Shown: one piece after another, positions 40,107-53,149 of the stretch
How the letters are laid out: every line of letters starts with the position of its first letter
Position numbering within the stretch: position 1 is the first letter of the stretch
Assembly (NCBI GenBank): GCA_965153455.1
Contig: OZ234494.1
Span: 12,896,001 to 12,960,000 of the forward strand
From: Sphagnum compactum
Lineage: Eukaryota
Reading direction: 5' to 3'
Length of the DNA: 64,000 nucleotides
Notes under the pieces: model-generated
Seen by the model: the letters and a program-made list of their open reading frames with translations, nothing else
The model's database searches: none
Told to the model about the DNA's origin: nothing
Translations under genes and position numbers: made by a program

Positions 40107-40975
40107 CATATTTGTTATGTTGGATCACCTATTAACACATGCACACTTTGTCCCCTTCAAAACAATAGCTACGATATGGAAACAATCCTACTATTTGTGA
40201 AAAGAATATATAAAATTCACAAGTTGCTTAAAGAAATAATGTATGGTAGGAATTCAAAATTTGTTAATGCCTTTTGAACAATGTTATCCAAGACATTGGG
40301 CACCAAGTTGTGTTTTAACACTACTTATCACCATGGATTGAATTCCCAAATGAAAAGGACTAATTAAACCCTAGAAGACTTGCCATGAATGTATGTGAAT
40401 CAAAGGTAGAGCTCTTGGGAAGAATACCTTTACTTGGTGGACTTTCCTATAATAAAAATCCTCATGATTTAATTGGGATAAACCCATTTGAAGTTATTTG
40501 TGGCCAAGAATTTTTGACATTGACATCTTATCATGCTTTTACAACTTAGGTATAAAATGTCAATTAAATATTAAATAGGATGCAAGAAATGATTATGGAA
40601 TATGTTTTGAAGGCCCAAGTAAGGGCTAAGAAATATGTGAACTATGCCACATACTTTAGGGAGTTTGATGTTGGGGATATAATATTTCTCAAAATGACTT
40701 TGAAAAATACTCAACTAAAATTGGGAAAATGTTATAAACTTTGACCAAGGTATTGAAGACCATTTCAGATTATTAAGAGAATTGGAACAATGACTTATGA
40801 ATTCAATTTGCCACTTCAATGGAAGATGCATAATGTAGTTGATGCGAGTCTCTTGAGAAAAATTGTGTTCAATCCTACTCAATTTCTCCAAAACTATAGT
40901 TTGTTACAAGTTATGGTAGAAGGATAAATTTTGGTTGAACCAAAACAAGTCTTGGGGGTAAAAACACAGTAAAAA
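40107..40975 (+). mobile_element. Gypsy integrase core and C-terminal GPF-like region (continuation after the hAT insertion)
   Basis: Resumes IFVMLDHLLTHAHFVPFK directly after the TSD; then LGTKLCFNTTYH, KL*PRY*RPFQIIKRIGTMTYEFNLPLQWKMHNV..SLLRK and EPKQVLG. Confidence 0.88.
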
Positions 40976-41843
40976 GAAACCACAATGACCAAGGTCATAG
41001 TTCTTACCAAGGACTGCATTTTACATGTGTCCTACATGTATTGGTCTATTAAATATCAAAATTGTATTTTAAATGTAATTTTTGGGACTAGATATTAATA
41101 TTGAAACCAAACATGACTCATATTATAATAAAACTTTTTTTTATTCATGAAGATTATAATCAAATGTATAATTTTGTTTTTAACCATGATGACAAATTTT
41201 GAACCATTAAGGATGTTTAGAATCAAAATTAACAACATTCATTAAAAGGATTCAATACATTGTGAGCCATACCAACATGGCCATGGCTAATAGTCTCAAT
41301 GTTTAAGAATTGTGTTAGGAATATTCGAGTGTGGTGAGGTTTTTAGGGGGGTTTAACAACTTTGTGTTATAATAGGGGTAGAGGAATGCGCACAGGGTGT
41401 GGGGGGGTTGTTTTGTTTTCCGAAATGCGATATTGGTTGGGTTAGTCCTTTTCTTCAGCAAAAAGTTGGTAAACTATAGTTTTAGAACCTTAGTAGCGTA
41501 AGAAGGAGCGAGAACTCGCTAGGAAGTTGAGGGAAGGAAAAACAAACACCGGAGTTCATGGTGTGCAACAAAACATTGGTCTTGTATCAGTATTTAACAA
41601 GCAGCAAGGATGTTGGGAATCTGTGAAGCAGGAGGGGGTTAGTGAAAGGCCCAATAGAGATAGAGCAATCTTCAAGCCATAGGAACGAAGGATTAATTCG
41701 AATCAGCTTAATGGTTAAATAGATGATGTGGTAGTGTGCCAATGATAATAGGAGTCTCATAAGGACTGAAACGTTTATTTAGATTATGAGTAAGCTCGAC
41801 AAGGAGCTATGGGTACATGTTAAGTCCTGGCCTGTGCCATGGT

Positions 41844-42266
41844 TCATAGCTGTAGGAAGTTTAGAATGCGTCGAATAGTACGAACTAGATAGTCCGCCTT
41901 GCTGTTAGGAGGTAGGCGACGAATCGGACCGCGCAACCAACGATAGTGTCCAACGCCGGGAACTAAAGACCAAGCGAAAATGGAAGTGTCTTCGGTTTCA
42001 TAACAACCTTCATAAACGGTTTTGGGTTCGTCACCGGAAGCAGGATCGACTTGTAACAAGATCACCAGGGTGCGGGAGTTTGGCGAAATGCGGTAATACC
42101 AGGCTCGAGGGGGTTCAACTTCGAGACGAACGCGCACCTCTCGAGGTTCGAATTCTTCGTCACGGGGATGCTGCGTTAGAGTCAAATCTAAAAACGATTC
42201 CGAAGGCGGTTCCTCGTTCACTTGTGCAGCTTGGGGCCCGTAGGAGGTGACTGTGCGCGACGCCAT
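41844..42266 (-). CDS. Intronless orphan ORF, 140 aa (MASRTVTSYG...RRILNFLQL), function unknown
   Basis: Open, non-repetitive, CpG-rich ORF. ATG in gcaagcATGG context; TATAAATT ~90 nt upstream (42362-42355); AATAAA ~65 nt after the stop (41779-41774). Confidence 0.5.
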   Translation of the reverse strand: MASRTVTSYGPQAAQVNEEPPSESFLDLTLTQHPRDEEFEPREVRVRLEVEPPRAWYYRISPNSRTLVILLQVDPASGDEPKTVYEGCYETEDTSIFAWSLVPGVGHYRWLRGPIRRLPPNSKADYLVRTIRRILNFLQL

Positions 42267-42821
42267 GCTTGCAAGGAAGAAAGGAAAGATCTTCAACAAA
42301 AATCAAATTGCAATGAAGGTGGAGGGGATTTGTGACATCAAGTTATGTGATCGTAATTTATACGCAAGGAAAGGAAGGGAGTGGGTAAAGAATGGCCTAG
42401 GACCATGGTAAGGTAAAACCTTTGTGTCAAAGGATAAAAAGTGAGGGTTTAAGTAAGTTTGCTTGGGGGGAAGTGGGAGTAAGTGCAAAGGAACCTTCTC
42501 CTTCCATTGACCACCGAGCAAAGGGACCTTCTCCTTCTCCTTCTCCTTCCATTGACCACCGAGCAAAGGAACCTTTTCCTTCTCCTTCTCTTTAAAAGGC
42601 GAACTTGGGTGATTGGGGTGCTCTCTTTTTCCGACGGGAGATGACCTCTAATTCAATCTCTAGAGTTCTAGTTTTGACAAGCTCTTGAGGAGGAAAAGGA
42701 TGATCAACTTTGGAAGTGAAGAAGGGGAAAGGAGTAAAGGAGGATTTGGTAAGAGTTTTGGAATGATGGAGGTGAGTAAGAATAGTATTGGGAAGTTGGA
42801 ACTCTAGGGAAGTTAATAAAC

Positions 42822-43180
42822 CCTCTCGGGTTTTATAGCATAATTTCCTAGTTATTTAGTTGCAGATCCTGAGATTTGGTAGGAAGGTGCGTCTACTAGT
42901 TAGCTTTCCAAAGAGCTAAAGCAAGCCGAATTTGAACAATCTGGGTGGGAGAAACAATTCTCCAAGTGACTGGTGGTCTGCAGTCAAGTTGGATCAACTA
43001 CTTCCACAAAATCCTCTCGGGTTTTATAGCATAATTTCCTAGTTATTTAGTTGCAGATCCTGAGATTTGGTAGGAAGGTGCATCTACTAGTTAACTTTCC
43101 AAAGAGCTAAAGCAAGCCGAATTTGAACAATCTGGGTGTGAGAAACAATTCTTCAAATGATTGCGGGTTGTAGCCAAGTT
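42822..43180. repeat. Direct tandem repeat, period 191 bp, high identity
   Basis: cctctcgggttttatagcataatttcctag...gagaaacaattc starts at both 42822 and 43013. Confidence 0.92.
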
Positions 43181-46100
43181 TAAGGAAGTGTTGAGTTCAT
43201 AAAAGTTTGTTTAAAGGGATGACAATTTAGTATAAGGTTCTAGGATCGGGAATGTGAGGATCAAAAATAATAATAATAACAAAATAAAATAAAATAAAAT
43301 AAATATAGCTATCAATGTTAAGTTGTGAATGATGCATAGGTGGCAAAGAAATTTAATCTCAACTACAAACGCAATCTAGCATCTAGAAGTACGCTTGCTT
43401 CGTCTTTCACCGGTAGCATTTATGCTTTCAAGTATAGTCACCTTGTAGAACCGGGAGTAGAGGGACAAAAGTTGCCTCACATACATGTGCATTTAAAAAT
43501 ATAAACAGATGTGGCCCTTCTTATGAATTCTTATGAAGTATATTAAAGCCCATAATAAATTTGAGAACATTTGATGAAGGTTTGAATAACACAAAACATG
43601 TTCACATTTTTTTAATGTAGTACTGTATATATAAACCCAAATATACCAATGACCTTAAATTTTATGTATCATTTTTCATCAAAATGCAACATTGCCTTTT
43701 TTTAAACAACAAAAAACATTTTGTCTTTTAAGAAGTTTTTATAATTTTATGTTTTTGAAAGTGATAAGCACGTTTAAATGCAAAGGGCAATTTAGGGCAT
43801 GCTTTTTATTGGGCCCTTTGGTTCATCCATATATGGTCTTCTATAAATTTGGAGCTTGAATGGTTAAGTTTAGCATAGGATTAAGGGTGAGTGAAATGAA
43901 AAGCAATATTCAACTACAGACTTTCCATTACTTTATGACCATTAAAACAATTGGGAATCACACAAAAGTTTTTGGGATGAAATTTCATTAATAATAAAAC
44001 ATGGTGCAACAAACCTAATTACATTTTGATGTTTCAAACTTTTATAATGATTTTTCAAAATTGAGAACTATAGAAATTAATGCTAGTAAACATAGTCCTT
44101 GGTACATTATACTATGAATGTACCCTTGGGGACAAAAATAAAGAAAAAAGAAACATGTTCCTTCACAAAATATTTGGTAAAATGAGAGGGGTATCCACTT
44201 GAGCATGCCACTTAGTAAAGGGAGGAAGAGCTCCATAAAAACTTTCCCTAATTTACACTACTACAAATCAAGGGTTTTATAGTAAATTTTTAACAAATTA
44301 TAGTCATATTTTTAATCATATTAAACATTAGCCAAAAATGCCTTAGTCAAAATAGACTAATCATTTAAGCAAAAAACTTGACTAAGTGCTTATCAATGTT
44401 TGTTTTGATTGAATTGTTCAAATGAAATGTTCATTATGATATTGTCATGATTGAAAGTATTAGCTAATGTAGTAGTACTCCTCTACTTTTTCATATTTAA
44501 ATAATAATAGTAATATCTCCAATATGGACAAATCAAAAACTTCAACCTGTGATTCCAATGCACCAAAACAAATAAATTTTGGGGGTTAACTATTGACTTT
44601 ATGGTAAATGATGATGTCCTCATCTTTTCAACCATAGCCAAGGCTTTTGCCATCCAACCATCATTTCACATGGTGACTAAAATTATTATCACAAACTATG
44701 TAGACACACATTTTTTTGAATATTTGCACATTATAAGCTTGTTACATAATTAGATAATTTGATTATGAAATTAATACCACATGTACATACTATATTCCTT
44801 GATTGGATTCGGCAACAAATTGCCAAATAATTAATTAAATTTTAAATCTTAACTTGGGCACTTGGCTTTTTAATTCTGAAATTTTCAACATGTAATGGTT
44901 TAAAAAAATAATAAACACTTTCTTGATAAGTTTGTGGGACATTTTAAATTGTCTACACTATCTGAGTCTTTAGCTCTAAAATGATAAGGTCTTTAGTTTT
45001 AAAATGTTAAGGTCTCGGGTTCAAACCTGACAATTGAAATCGTGCAACAATTTTTTAATTTGTTAAATTTTTTGGCACAAGTAACAAATAAAATTTCAAA
45101 AACTCGGCAAAAAATAAAATAAAAATAATAATGCCAAAATCATTCAAGTAGTACGGTAATCAATATCATAATTAGGTTCACAATTACATTGAAATTTATA
45201 ATTTATTACATTGATTTAAAATAAATTTAATTCCATTCATTTATTCAAATTTTCAGTTAATTAAAATTTTAATACTTTAAAAAAATTTAGAATTAATTTT
45301 ATATCTTGAGTTCAGAATTGTTTTTAAAAAATAACTGGATTGAAATTTTATTTTAAAAAATCTCAGAAAGCAAATGAAATCATATTCAAATTCAATTGTC
45401 TTTAATTTGTGATTTAATTAATAATTTTTAAAAATTATTTGACATTATAAAATTATTAAATAATTAGATAATTTCATAATGAAATTGAGTACACATGTAT
45501 ATCTTTATTTGTTTTAATTCATAATTTAGTTCCATAGTTACATTGAAGCTTATAACACTTTTTTAATTTCAAAATGTAAAATTTATTACACTAATTTAAA
45601 ATATATTTTATTCAAATTAATTTATTCAAATTTTCAGTTAATTTCAGTTTATAATATTTAAAAAAGAATGTAAAAGTAAATTAAAATTGTATATCTTGAG
45701 TTGAACAAAAATCCAAGATAATTTTATTTTTAAAAATCTCATAATGAAATGCATTTCACTTTTGAAGTTATATAATTGATTTCACATGCTTTCAATTTTT
45801 AATTCAAATACATTAAATTGGTTGAAGTTTCACATGTACAATGATTATGTTCTAATCTTTTAATAATTTAAAATATAAAATTTTAGTTTGGTCTTTCATA
45901 TTCTCAAATGTCATTTTGTTAGATTTTAGTCATTGCCCTCTTTTCAAAAAAAATTATCAAGCATTCCAAATAACAAATGAGAACATGAAATTTATAATTT
46001 ACTTTCATGTCATATTCCACATCAAAATGTTTATCACTATCTTTAATCACACTTGGTATATCATAATCCATGTCAAAATATTTAATATTATTTTTAGTCA

Positions 46101-49100
46101 CTTACATAGTCCATGAATATGTTGGATATTCAAAATATACTTTGATATGTTTGATTTGATTATAATGTCATTTGAAATTAGTTAGATTAGACACCCTCAC
46201 TTTTTTATTTATTAAAAATAAAGGTAATGAACCATTATGGATAAGTATGGTTGACTCCACAATCGTTGTAATCATAAGGTGTATTGTAAAGAAGGGCAAG
46301 GAAACAATGAATATCTTAAATAAAAATTATGACAATAAAGATGACATATGATTGAAATTTAATTGTAGCATCTAGACAACCAAGATTTTATTATCATTAT
46401 TATTATAGGCAAAAATTGAGAGGACTTGGGTGGTACTTGGTCCTTGGATGTTTGTAAGGATTGGAATTAGGTCCACCCCAATTCTGATCCAATGGCAATC
46501 AAATTTTAGTCTTGGAAAAATAACAAATTAACTATTTCTTAAAATCAAGAACCTTTAAAATTTTCATAGTATGACTAAATTTTGGTCACCATTTTGAAAA
46601 TCAAAAAATTTGGGACTAAATTCCAGTCGACACAAGATTGAAAACCAAATGAACAAAAGTGAACATGGTCTCAATCCCCATGAAATTTAAATCTCAAAAA
46701 AATGGAAATAAATTTTAACTGTTGAGATAATAATCAAAACTAAGTTGCCAAATGTGGATATTCAAAAAAATTTGTTTTCAAAGGATTGAACTCAAGTTGT
46801 CATAAGGACCAAGACCTAGGTCCATCCTAATTCAGCTTGTTTGATTTTGTTTTACAAAATATTTTGGCTTGTCAAAATGGTGATTAAAATCTAGACTTTC
46901 CCACATCATAATAGTTTGGATATTTATTAATTTCATGATTAAATTTCAATCATCATATGGACATATAGACTCATGTCTACTCAATCATTCTAGTCCTCCA
47001 AAATTATGTGATGATTGAATTTTTGCTGTCATTGGCCGTGACTAATTTTATCCTTGCAAAAAAATTACTACTTTGGCTTATACTTTGACCCTAAATTGAC
47101 GTGACGCCTAGTTGCATCACCATCAAAACACTTGACATGACATGATTGAAGCCAATAACCTTGTTTGCAATGACATAGTTCATAAGATCCTTGAAAGTTT
47201 GTTAATTTACATGCAATGTGTTGTAGACTTATCATAAAAAATTGAAGGCAAAATACATGAATATTTTTCATACACTTCAATACATTTGAGTATGTTGAAT
47301 ACATTTAGTTTCAAAGAAAACCATTAAATTTGAGCTTTACAAAGCTAAACAAAGGCTTTACCACAAAGGCTTTACAAGTTTAAGCTTATCCATCTTCACT
47401 CTTAGACCCTTCAATAAGAAAGAGAAAGAAGAAAGACGATTCACCAAATTGAAACAAAAAATTAAAATTGCGATAAGCTTTAGCTTGTACAGATCCTATC
47501 TTTCCCATGCTTCCACACTCTCGAGTCCTTATCAAACCTTATATATGATATTACACAAAATCAACAATGCAAATTTTACAACAAGAAAACAAAAGGGAAA
47601 AAATGAAACAAATGTAGGAGCTAAGAAGCTTTAGGTTTTTCAAAGTAGACTTTGTGAAAAAAAAAACCCACATGAGGAGACAAAAGATCTAATGAGAATT
47701 TCATGGGAATGCGTCTTAAGATATTCTAAAAATGTTATTGCATGTAATCTTCACCTCAATCAACCATTGTGGACATAACATGATGCACATGGGATGATGA
47801 CCTTGTGCATGCAATGTTATGCATTGTGCTAGTTGCGTGGATGTTCACCTCCTATTTAGAAAGAGGCCACATGTCCATCATAAAGTTTGTAGCAACTTGT
47901 GTGATCTTAAGGTTGGGTGGAGAGCTCGTAGTAAATTTTGGTCTTCTTATCTCTAAAATTGTGTTAATTATTCCACTCTCAATTTCCAACAAAGCTTTTG
48001 GTGGAAAATGAAGGACCGACTTTCTCTGTCTATTTTTACTATTAAGATGTTGTTCGTCGTCCTCGTGAGGAGTTCTTGAAGTGGGAGAGCGAGACTCACG
48101 TTGTTCTAAGGTTTGGTGTTCTCCAACGCCGTGTTTTTAAGGATCTTGATTCATGTGCGAAGAAGAATCGTTGGTGGAAGTTCCACGAATTCGGTGGAAA
48201 AATGAAGTGCCAACTCTCGCTCTCTATGTATATATATATTCCGTGAAGAAAAAGTTCGTCGTCCTCGTCAGCAGTTCTCGTCCCTATATGAGCGTCGCTC
48301 TCCTCTGCATTGGTGTCCAGAGAAAGACCGGGGCCCCGGAGGTATGTACCTTCCTTTCTCAGTGCATGTTGTTTCTTTGGCGGCGTGTTTAGAACTACAT
48401 TGCTCTTTTTATTTGAGAAAATGTACGTTCTGTGCGCCATTATTCTTTATCTTCCTTCTTCCTCTTTCTTTTGTCTTGTCCGCGGGTTTTATGTTTTCTA
48501 GTGTAACGTGCTCATTGCTTTGCTTTGTTTGCTCCTGATCTTTAGTTTGTGTGTTCTGCCTCGAATGCGACCGGTTGTTGCTTTGTGTCTTTCTCGTGTA
48601 ATTGATTTCGGTTCTTGTTTCTTTTTTCTGTGTTTCTTCCGCTTGGCTGTCGTCTAGTTTCGCTCTCTCTCTCCCTCTCTCTTTTTGAAGAGATTTCGGG
48701 ATCGTGATTTGCTCAGGCATTCGTCAATCCTCCTGCTTCCCGGACTGCTTCTCCTTCTCCTTTCGCCGGAGGTAAGAAAATTGTATATTGCATGAAGTAG
48801 ACTAGTTTTGTGTCTTTGTTTTCGGATGCGGTCAATACGAGTTTCTCTCAAATGAGATATTTCTACTGAAACCGTTCGTTTTTTAGAGTCATGGAGAAAC
48901 TTAGTCCTACGGAGAAAAGTCCACTGTCAGGAGGATGCGTTCGGGTGACAGACGAAGAAGGAGATACAAGTGACCAAGTGAATCCTGAGAGTTCAAAGAA
49001 GATACTGCCAAAAGTTTAATTCCAGGAACAACAGTTCGATATTATGGATTTTCTGCAAGTCTCAAGAAAACAGAGGGGAACGAACCTTGTTGTCGTGAGG

Positions 49101-49356
49101 TCAATAGAAAAGAAAAGACTGTCTACTTCATGGCGGAAGACTATTGTTGGATGATCCCAGGAGGAAGAAGCCCTTGTAAATCACCGGAATTTTTGTGTGC
49201 AATAGTGGTAATAATCGAGCAGCAAGCCCCTGAATATTAACACCGATCATGGTCACATATAGCTTTAGGAGAACAGCGAGGTTACGCCTTGGAAAATTGC
49301 TGCTGGATTTCACGTGTCCACAAGTCTGCAAAGAGAGAAAATTTTGCCTTCTTTGA

Positions 49357-49396
49357 TTACTGTTTCCAGGAGAAAGCTCTCTCCTGGAAACAGTAA
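49357..49396. other. 40-bp near-perfect palindrome (17-bp stem, 6-nt loop) in the putative 5'UTR intron
   Basis: TTACTGTTTCCAGGAGA-AAGCTC-TCTCCTGGAAACAGTAA. Confidence 0.9.
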
Positions 49397-49496
49397 GGGT
49401 TTAGGATCTTCTTGTAGGTAGATCTCACAGACTCACAAATTTGTATTGTGCTGCCGTGTGTACAGCAGGTGAACAACTTGGAAGGTAGCAGCAATC

Positions 49497-50256
49497 ATGA
49501 CAGGACGAACATTCACAGGGTTTATAGCTGTGTTTTCAACCACCTTGTTGTTGATACTGAACCTCATGGTTACTGTGGGAGGTGTTGCTTCCCTAGTGAT
49601 ACAGTTTCTACTTGAGCATAGACCGAGTCAGACAGGATGGCTCTTGGTCATTGTAAGTGCCTTCACAGTTGCTTCAGGCTTGATTGGCCTCTGCTCGAGT
49701 ACCCGGAGAGGTTGTTTCACATTGCAACTGGTTCTTCTTGCCTTTTCTCTTGTGGGACTTATTGCTGCAGCTTTGTCAATTTTCTTCAAAGCTCAGCAGG
49801 TGCTGAATGACATGAGTCCCAAGATTGCTCGCAATACTGCCATCAAGGTTCTCAGGCTGGATGCTGCTGTCCTGTTCATCACCTTTTGCGTACAGGTCAG
49901 ACAATTGGTACCAAAGAAACATAAACATTGCAATAGCTTTTGCGATGCAAGTTTTGGCTGAACCAGAACTTTTTTAACCCTCCATAATCATGCAGTTATC
50001 TAAACGATGCCTGAGCACTGTATTGTGTATGTAGGTGGCAGTGCTTGTTCTTGGGGTATGTGTGAACTGCTGTGACCTCAATGATCACTATGAAGAGATT
50101 GAGATGAACAGAGGCATGGCACGAACACAAGGCGCAGCTGATAACCGGGCAGCCATGACAGGAGAGTCAAAAGCTGCCCAACTGGCTGAACTGATGAAAA
50201 AGAAATATGGGAAGTGGGCTGAGAATGGATCTGATTCCAAGAATTCCATGAAGTAA
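49497..50256 (+). CDS. Conserved uncharacterised plant membrane protein, ~4 TM helices plus charged C-terminal tail, 206 aa
   Basis: Exons 49497-49895 and 50035-50256 (GT-AG, phase 0). Hydrophobic segments, PSQTGWLLV, GCFTLQL, and the tail MARTQ...KAAQLAELMKKKYGKW resemble the plant 'MARVQEESMA...MKSKYGQW' family. There is a likely 5'UTR intron at ~48772-49468. Confidence 0.85.
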
Positions 50257-52059
50257 ACATATAGGGTCCAAAGGACAACGTGAGACCAGTATATCAATGG
50301 TCTCAAAATTGTTGAATTTGCCTAGAGCAGGGTGTTTGGTTTGCTTGATCCAAGAGATCCATTACTATTCTTCCAAAATGCTGGTCAGGTTTTGGTGACA
50401 GGAATCATCACAGATGTAACTCAATGATTGTCTTTTCTGATAGCGGAATTTGTGCATGTGTATAAATGAGGAGGATAGATAAGCTGGGCAGAGGACACTA
50501 GAGGAGCAGTTTTTGGAATTTGGTATGGAGGTGACTCATAGGAAGAAGCCATCTGAAGAGCAGTTTGCTTAGCAAGTGCCAGTAGTTCTTTGGCTGTTGA
50601 GGGAGAAATGTTCTCATCTGCTACTAGGCTCCTTCCATTTTGTTAGGGTCATTGGGTGGGTTGAAAGTTGAAACAATTCTTTACCAACTTGTCCTTTGTA
50701 TATAAGCAGGTGGGTTTAGGCATGATGCAACCGGTCTCCCTCAGATGTAACAAGAAATTCAAGGGGCTTTTCATGTGCTCCATAAATCAGGTGAGTTATT
50801 CTGTTTCTGTATCCCATATTGCTTGGATTTGCTTGAACCATCTAAACAACAGAATGGTAGCAGCATATAATGTTCTTTACAAGCTAATTATAACACTTGT
50901 GGGTGGGTGGGTCAGTGGGTAAGTGGTCGCATGTACCCTAGATCATTCATTCTGTGATCTTGAATGTACTTCTACTGGCTTCTCTTGCAATTACTTGGAT
51001 TTAGCAATAACCCAAGATTCAAAAAGCTTAAACATTGACATGTTTTATAAGCTTTCTCAGCTAGAATATGCAGATATTATTTATGCCTTTCATCCCATTG
51101 GGGTTGGACACGAGATTTAAGTTGAGAGGTGAAAGCAGCAAGTGACTAGATGGATATGTTCTTGTGGTTCAGGTACGATGATCAGCATTAAGCTTTGCTA
51201 TAGAGTACTAAGTTAGTACCAAGTTGGTGAGTTTTTGTGCATTCAGGAACCATGAAGAGAGACTTAAATGCTGTGAATTACCAAGTAAGTTAGTACCACA
51301 TATTTGGCACATTTTGGGTAAGCAGGACTTAATAATACTGGCAAAAGACTTTGCTACAGAGTAAAAAGTAGTAAAAAGACTTGAGAAATTTTTGCATTAT
51401 TTGCCTGGATTTGAGACCCTGCTATTGGAAGTAATGGTTTTTCTACAGCCTTTTGTTTTGGTTCCCTTACAAGGCAGAATTGTGGCATCCTGTGGGATCT
51501 ACCAGACCTATCTACAAGACCATACTGCGGGGTTCACATGACCGTCTGCAAATCCACATGAATATGTAATGGAGCATACCAGGTACAGTCCATTCTGCCC
51601 ATTTTGCTGCCTGTTTGGATATTTGGGCTTGTCGACTGGCAGGCACAACAGCCTGTACCAGGAACACTACATAATACATAAAGCCATCACTGTTTGCTTT
51701 TTAGTGTAGTTGCAGGGTATATAAAATGGCTGAATTTGACATGCTCAAGGCAGCCCTGTACAAGGTGTCTGCTTGAATAAGGTGCATCTGTACGTGGGTA
51801 AAATGCATGTGTAACAGGGCTTGATTCATGCTTTATGTCAGATAAGGCCTTCAAGGGCTGTATACATTAAGAGCAATTGTATTGATCAGACCATTTTAGA
51901 GGCATATCAAAGTGCCAAATAGGGAGGTCCACCTGCCCTTGCAGAATCAAACACGCCCAACCAAATCTACCTGCTAATTCTGCACATCTAAGAGCTCTTA
52001 AGGTTAGGAAGTGGTCACTATGCAACCAAATCTGCCAGGTGTGCCTGTGTGAATTCGAA

Positions 52060-52632
52060 TTTCTAATGAGCTCTTGGTGACAAGACAGGCAGTTCATCGC
52101 GTACTATGGAAAAGCCCCGCAGGGCCTGCGGTTCTATGGGAGGGGAACAATATCTTTAATAATATATGTCACCCTTTCCTTCCAATGATGGGGATTTTTT
52201 TTTGTTTGTTTTTCATAGTCCTTAAAGGGGGGTTTTTTCGCTGTCTCTTTTCTTTTTCTTAGATTCCTTTTTGTCTCTCTTCCCCTCCCTCCCTCTATTT
52301 TTTTCTGATGATTTTCTTCCTTTTCTTGCATAGCAAACTCTTTAGTCTACCCACCCAATCTTCCTTTTCCTTCTTCTTCCCTTCCTTGCCCTACTTAGCA
52401 TTTTTATTTTGTTTGTTGATGGAGAATACAGGGAAGACAAGGCAGTATGTTTTAGTTTCTCCACTATGGCAATAAAAAGGTGCACATATTTTTTGGGATT
52501 CCCTTGTCAGTTCGCCAGGTTGTCTCTTGCCTGCCTATCCGAAGCTCTTTCTAATGCGAGGCAAGAAACTTGCTGCCGCGCTATCCAATAGTAGAATCCT
52601 GCAAATAAAGCAAAAACAGCTCCCATAGAAAT
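52060..52632 (-). pseudogene. cox1: NUMT: mitochondrial cox1 exon fragment plus the 5' part of the following group II intron
   Basis: 52632-52582 encodes SMGAVFALFAGFYYWI, then GCGCGGCAGC... (a group II 5' end variant of GUGCG) instead of GK. The left boundary is approximate. Confidence 0.8.
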
Positions 52633-53149
52633 TTGTTGTGTCTTTTCATTTTTGATAGGATGGTGGATACATGGTATAAATAGGAGAAATATGGGGTAAA
52701 CAGTAAGAGACTTGGATAAACAATAAGAAAGTCCCAAAAGGATCCTATACTTTCTAAAAGATTAGGTTTTGAGGTGTTTTACCTTCAAGGTATAGAGGTA
52801 CCCTTTGCTACACTATGGTGGCAATTCTTCAACAAAACAAAATTATTGTCCTTTCATTCCTATGCATTTTCTTTATTTCGAATTGTCATTTCGTCAATCT
52901 TCATATCAAGTTGTTACCTTTTTCCACATACTAAGAGATAATAATAGTGGTAAGGTGGAGTACCGTCTAATGGACAACTTATATTCACTTCATATAGAAT
53001 TTTATTATTCTTACGTGAATAGTTGTAATAAATTAAATTACCTCAGGTCAACTAAATGTTTAGAAATTATTGAACTTCCTTTCCTCAGTGTTACCACCAC
53101 CTTAGAGGTAATTACTGAGGTTGTTAAATGACCTATTTACATTCCTTGA

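Larger units (their letters stand above)
41311..43263 (-). mobile_element. Putative solo LTR (~1953 bp, TG...CA) containing an ORF and an internal tandem duplication
   Basis: Begins TGTGTTAGG and ends GAGGATCA. Flanks AGAAT / AAAAT match 4/5 as a candidate TSD. The segment is richer in GC and CpG than the AT-rich flanks and contains no pol motifs. Confidence 0.45.

Noticed and set aside
41311..43263. The island as the 3' LTR of the adjacent Gypsy element
   Set aside because: No PPT is seen before it, no matching 5' LTR is in the window, and it is much less decayed than the Gypsy pol.
44500..48010. Possible hAT/other DNA transposon fragments and an AT-rich local duplication (~45170 and ~45525)
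   Set aside because: Motif similarity is too weak to support an assignment or boundaries.
51470..52055. Exon-like minus-strand fragments next to the cox1 NUMT
   Set aside because: No recognisable protein similarity or consistent splice structure.
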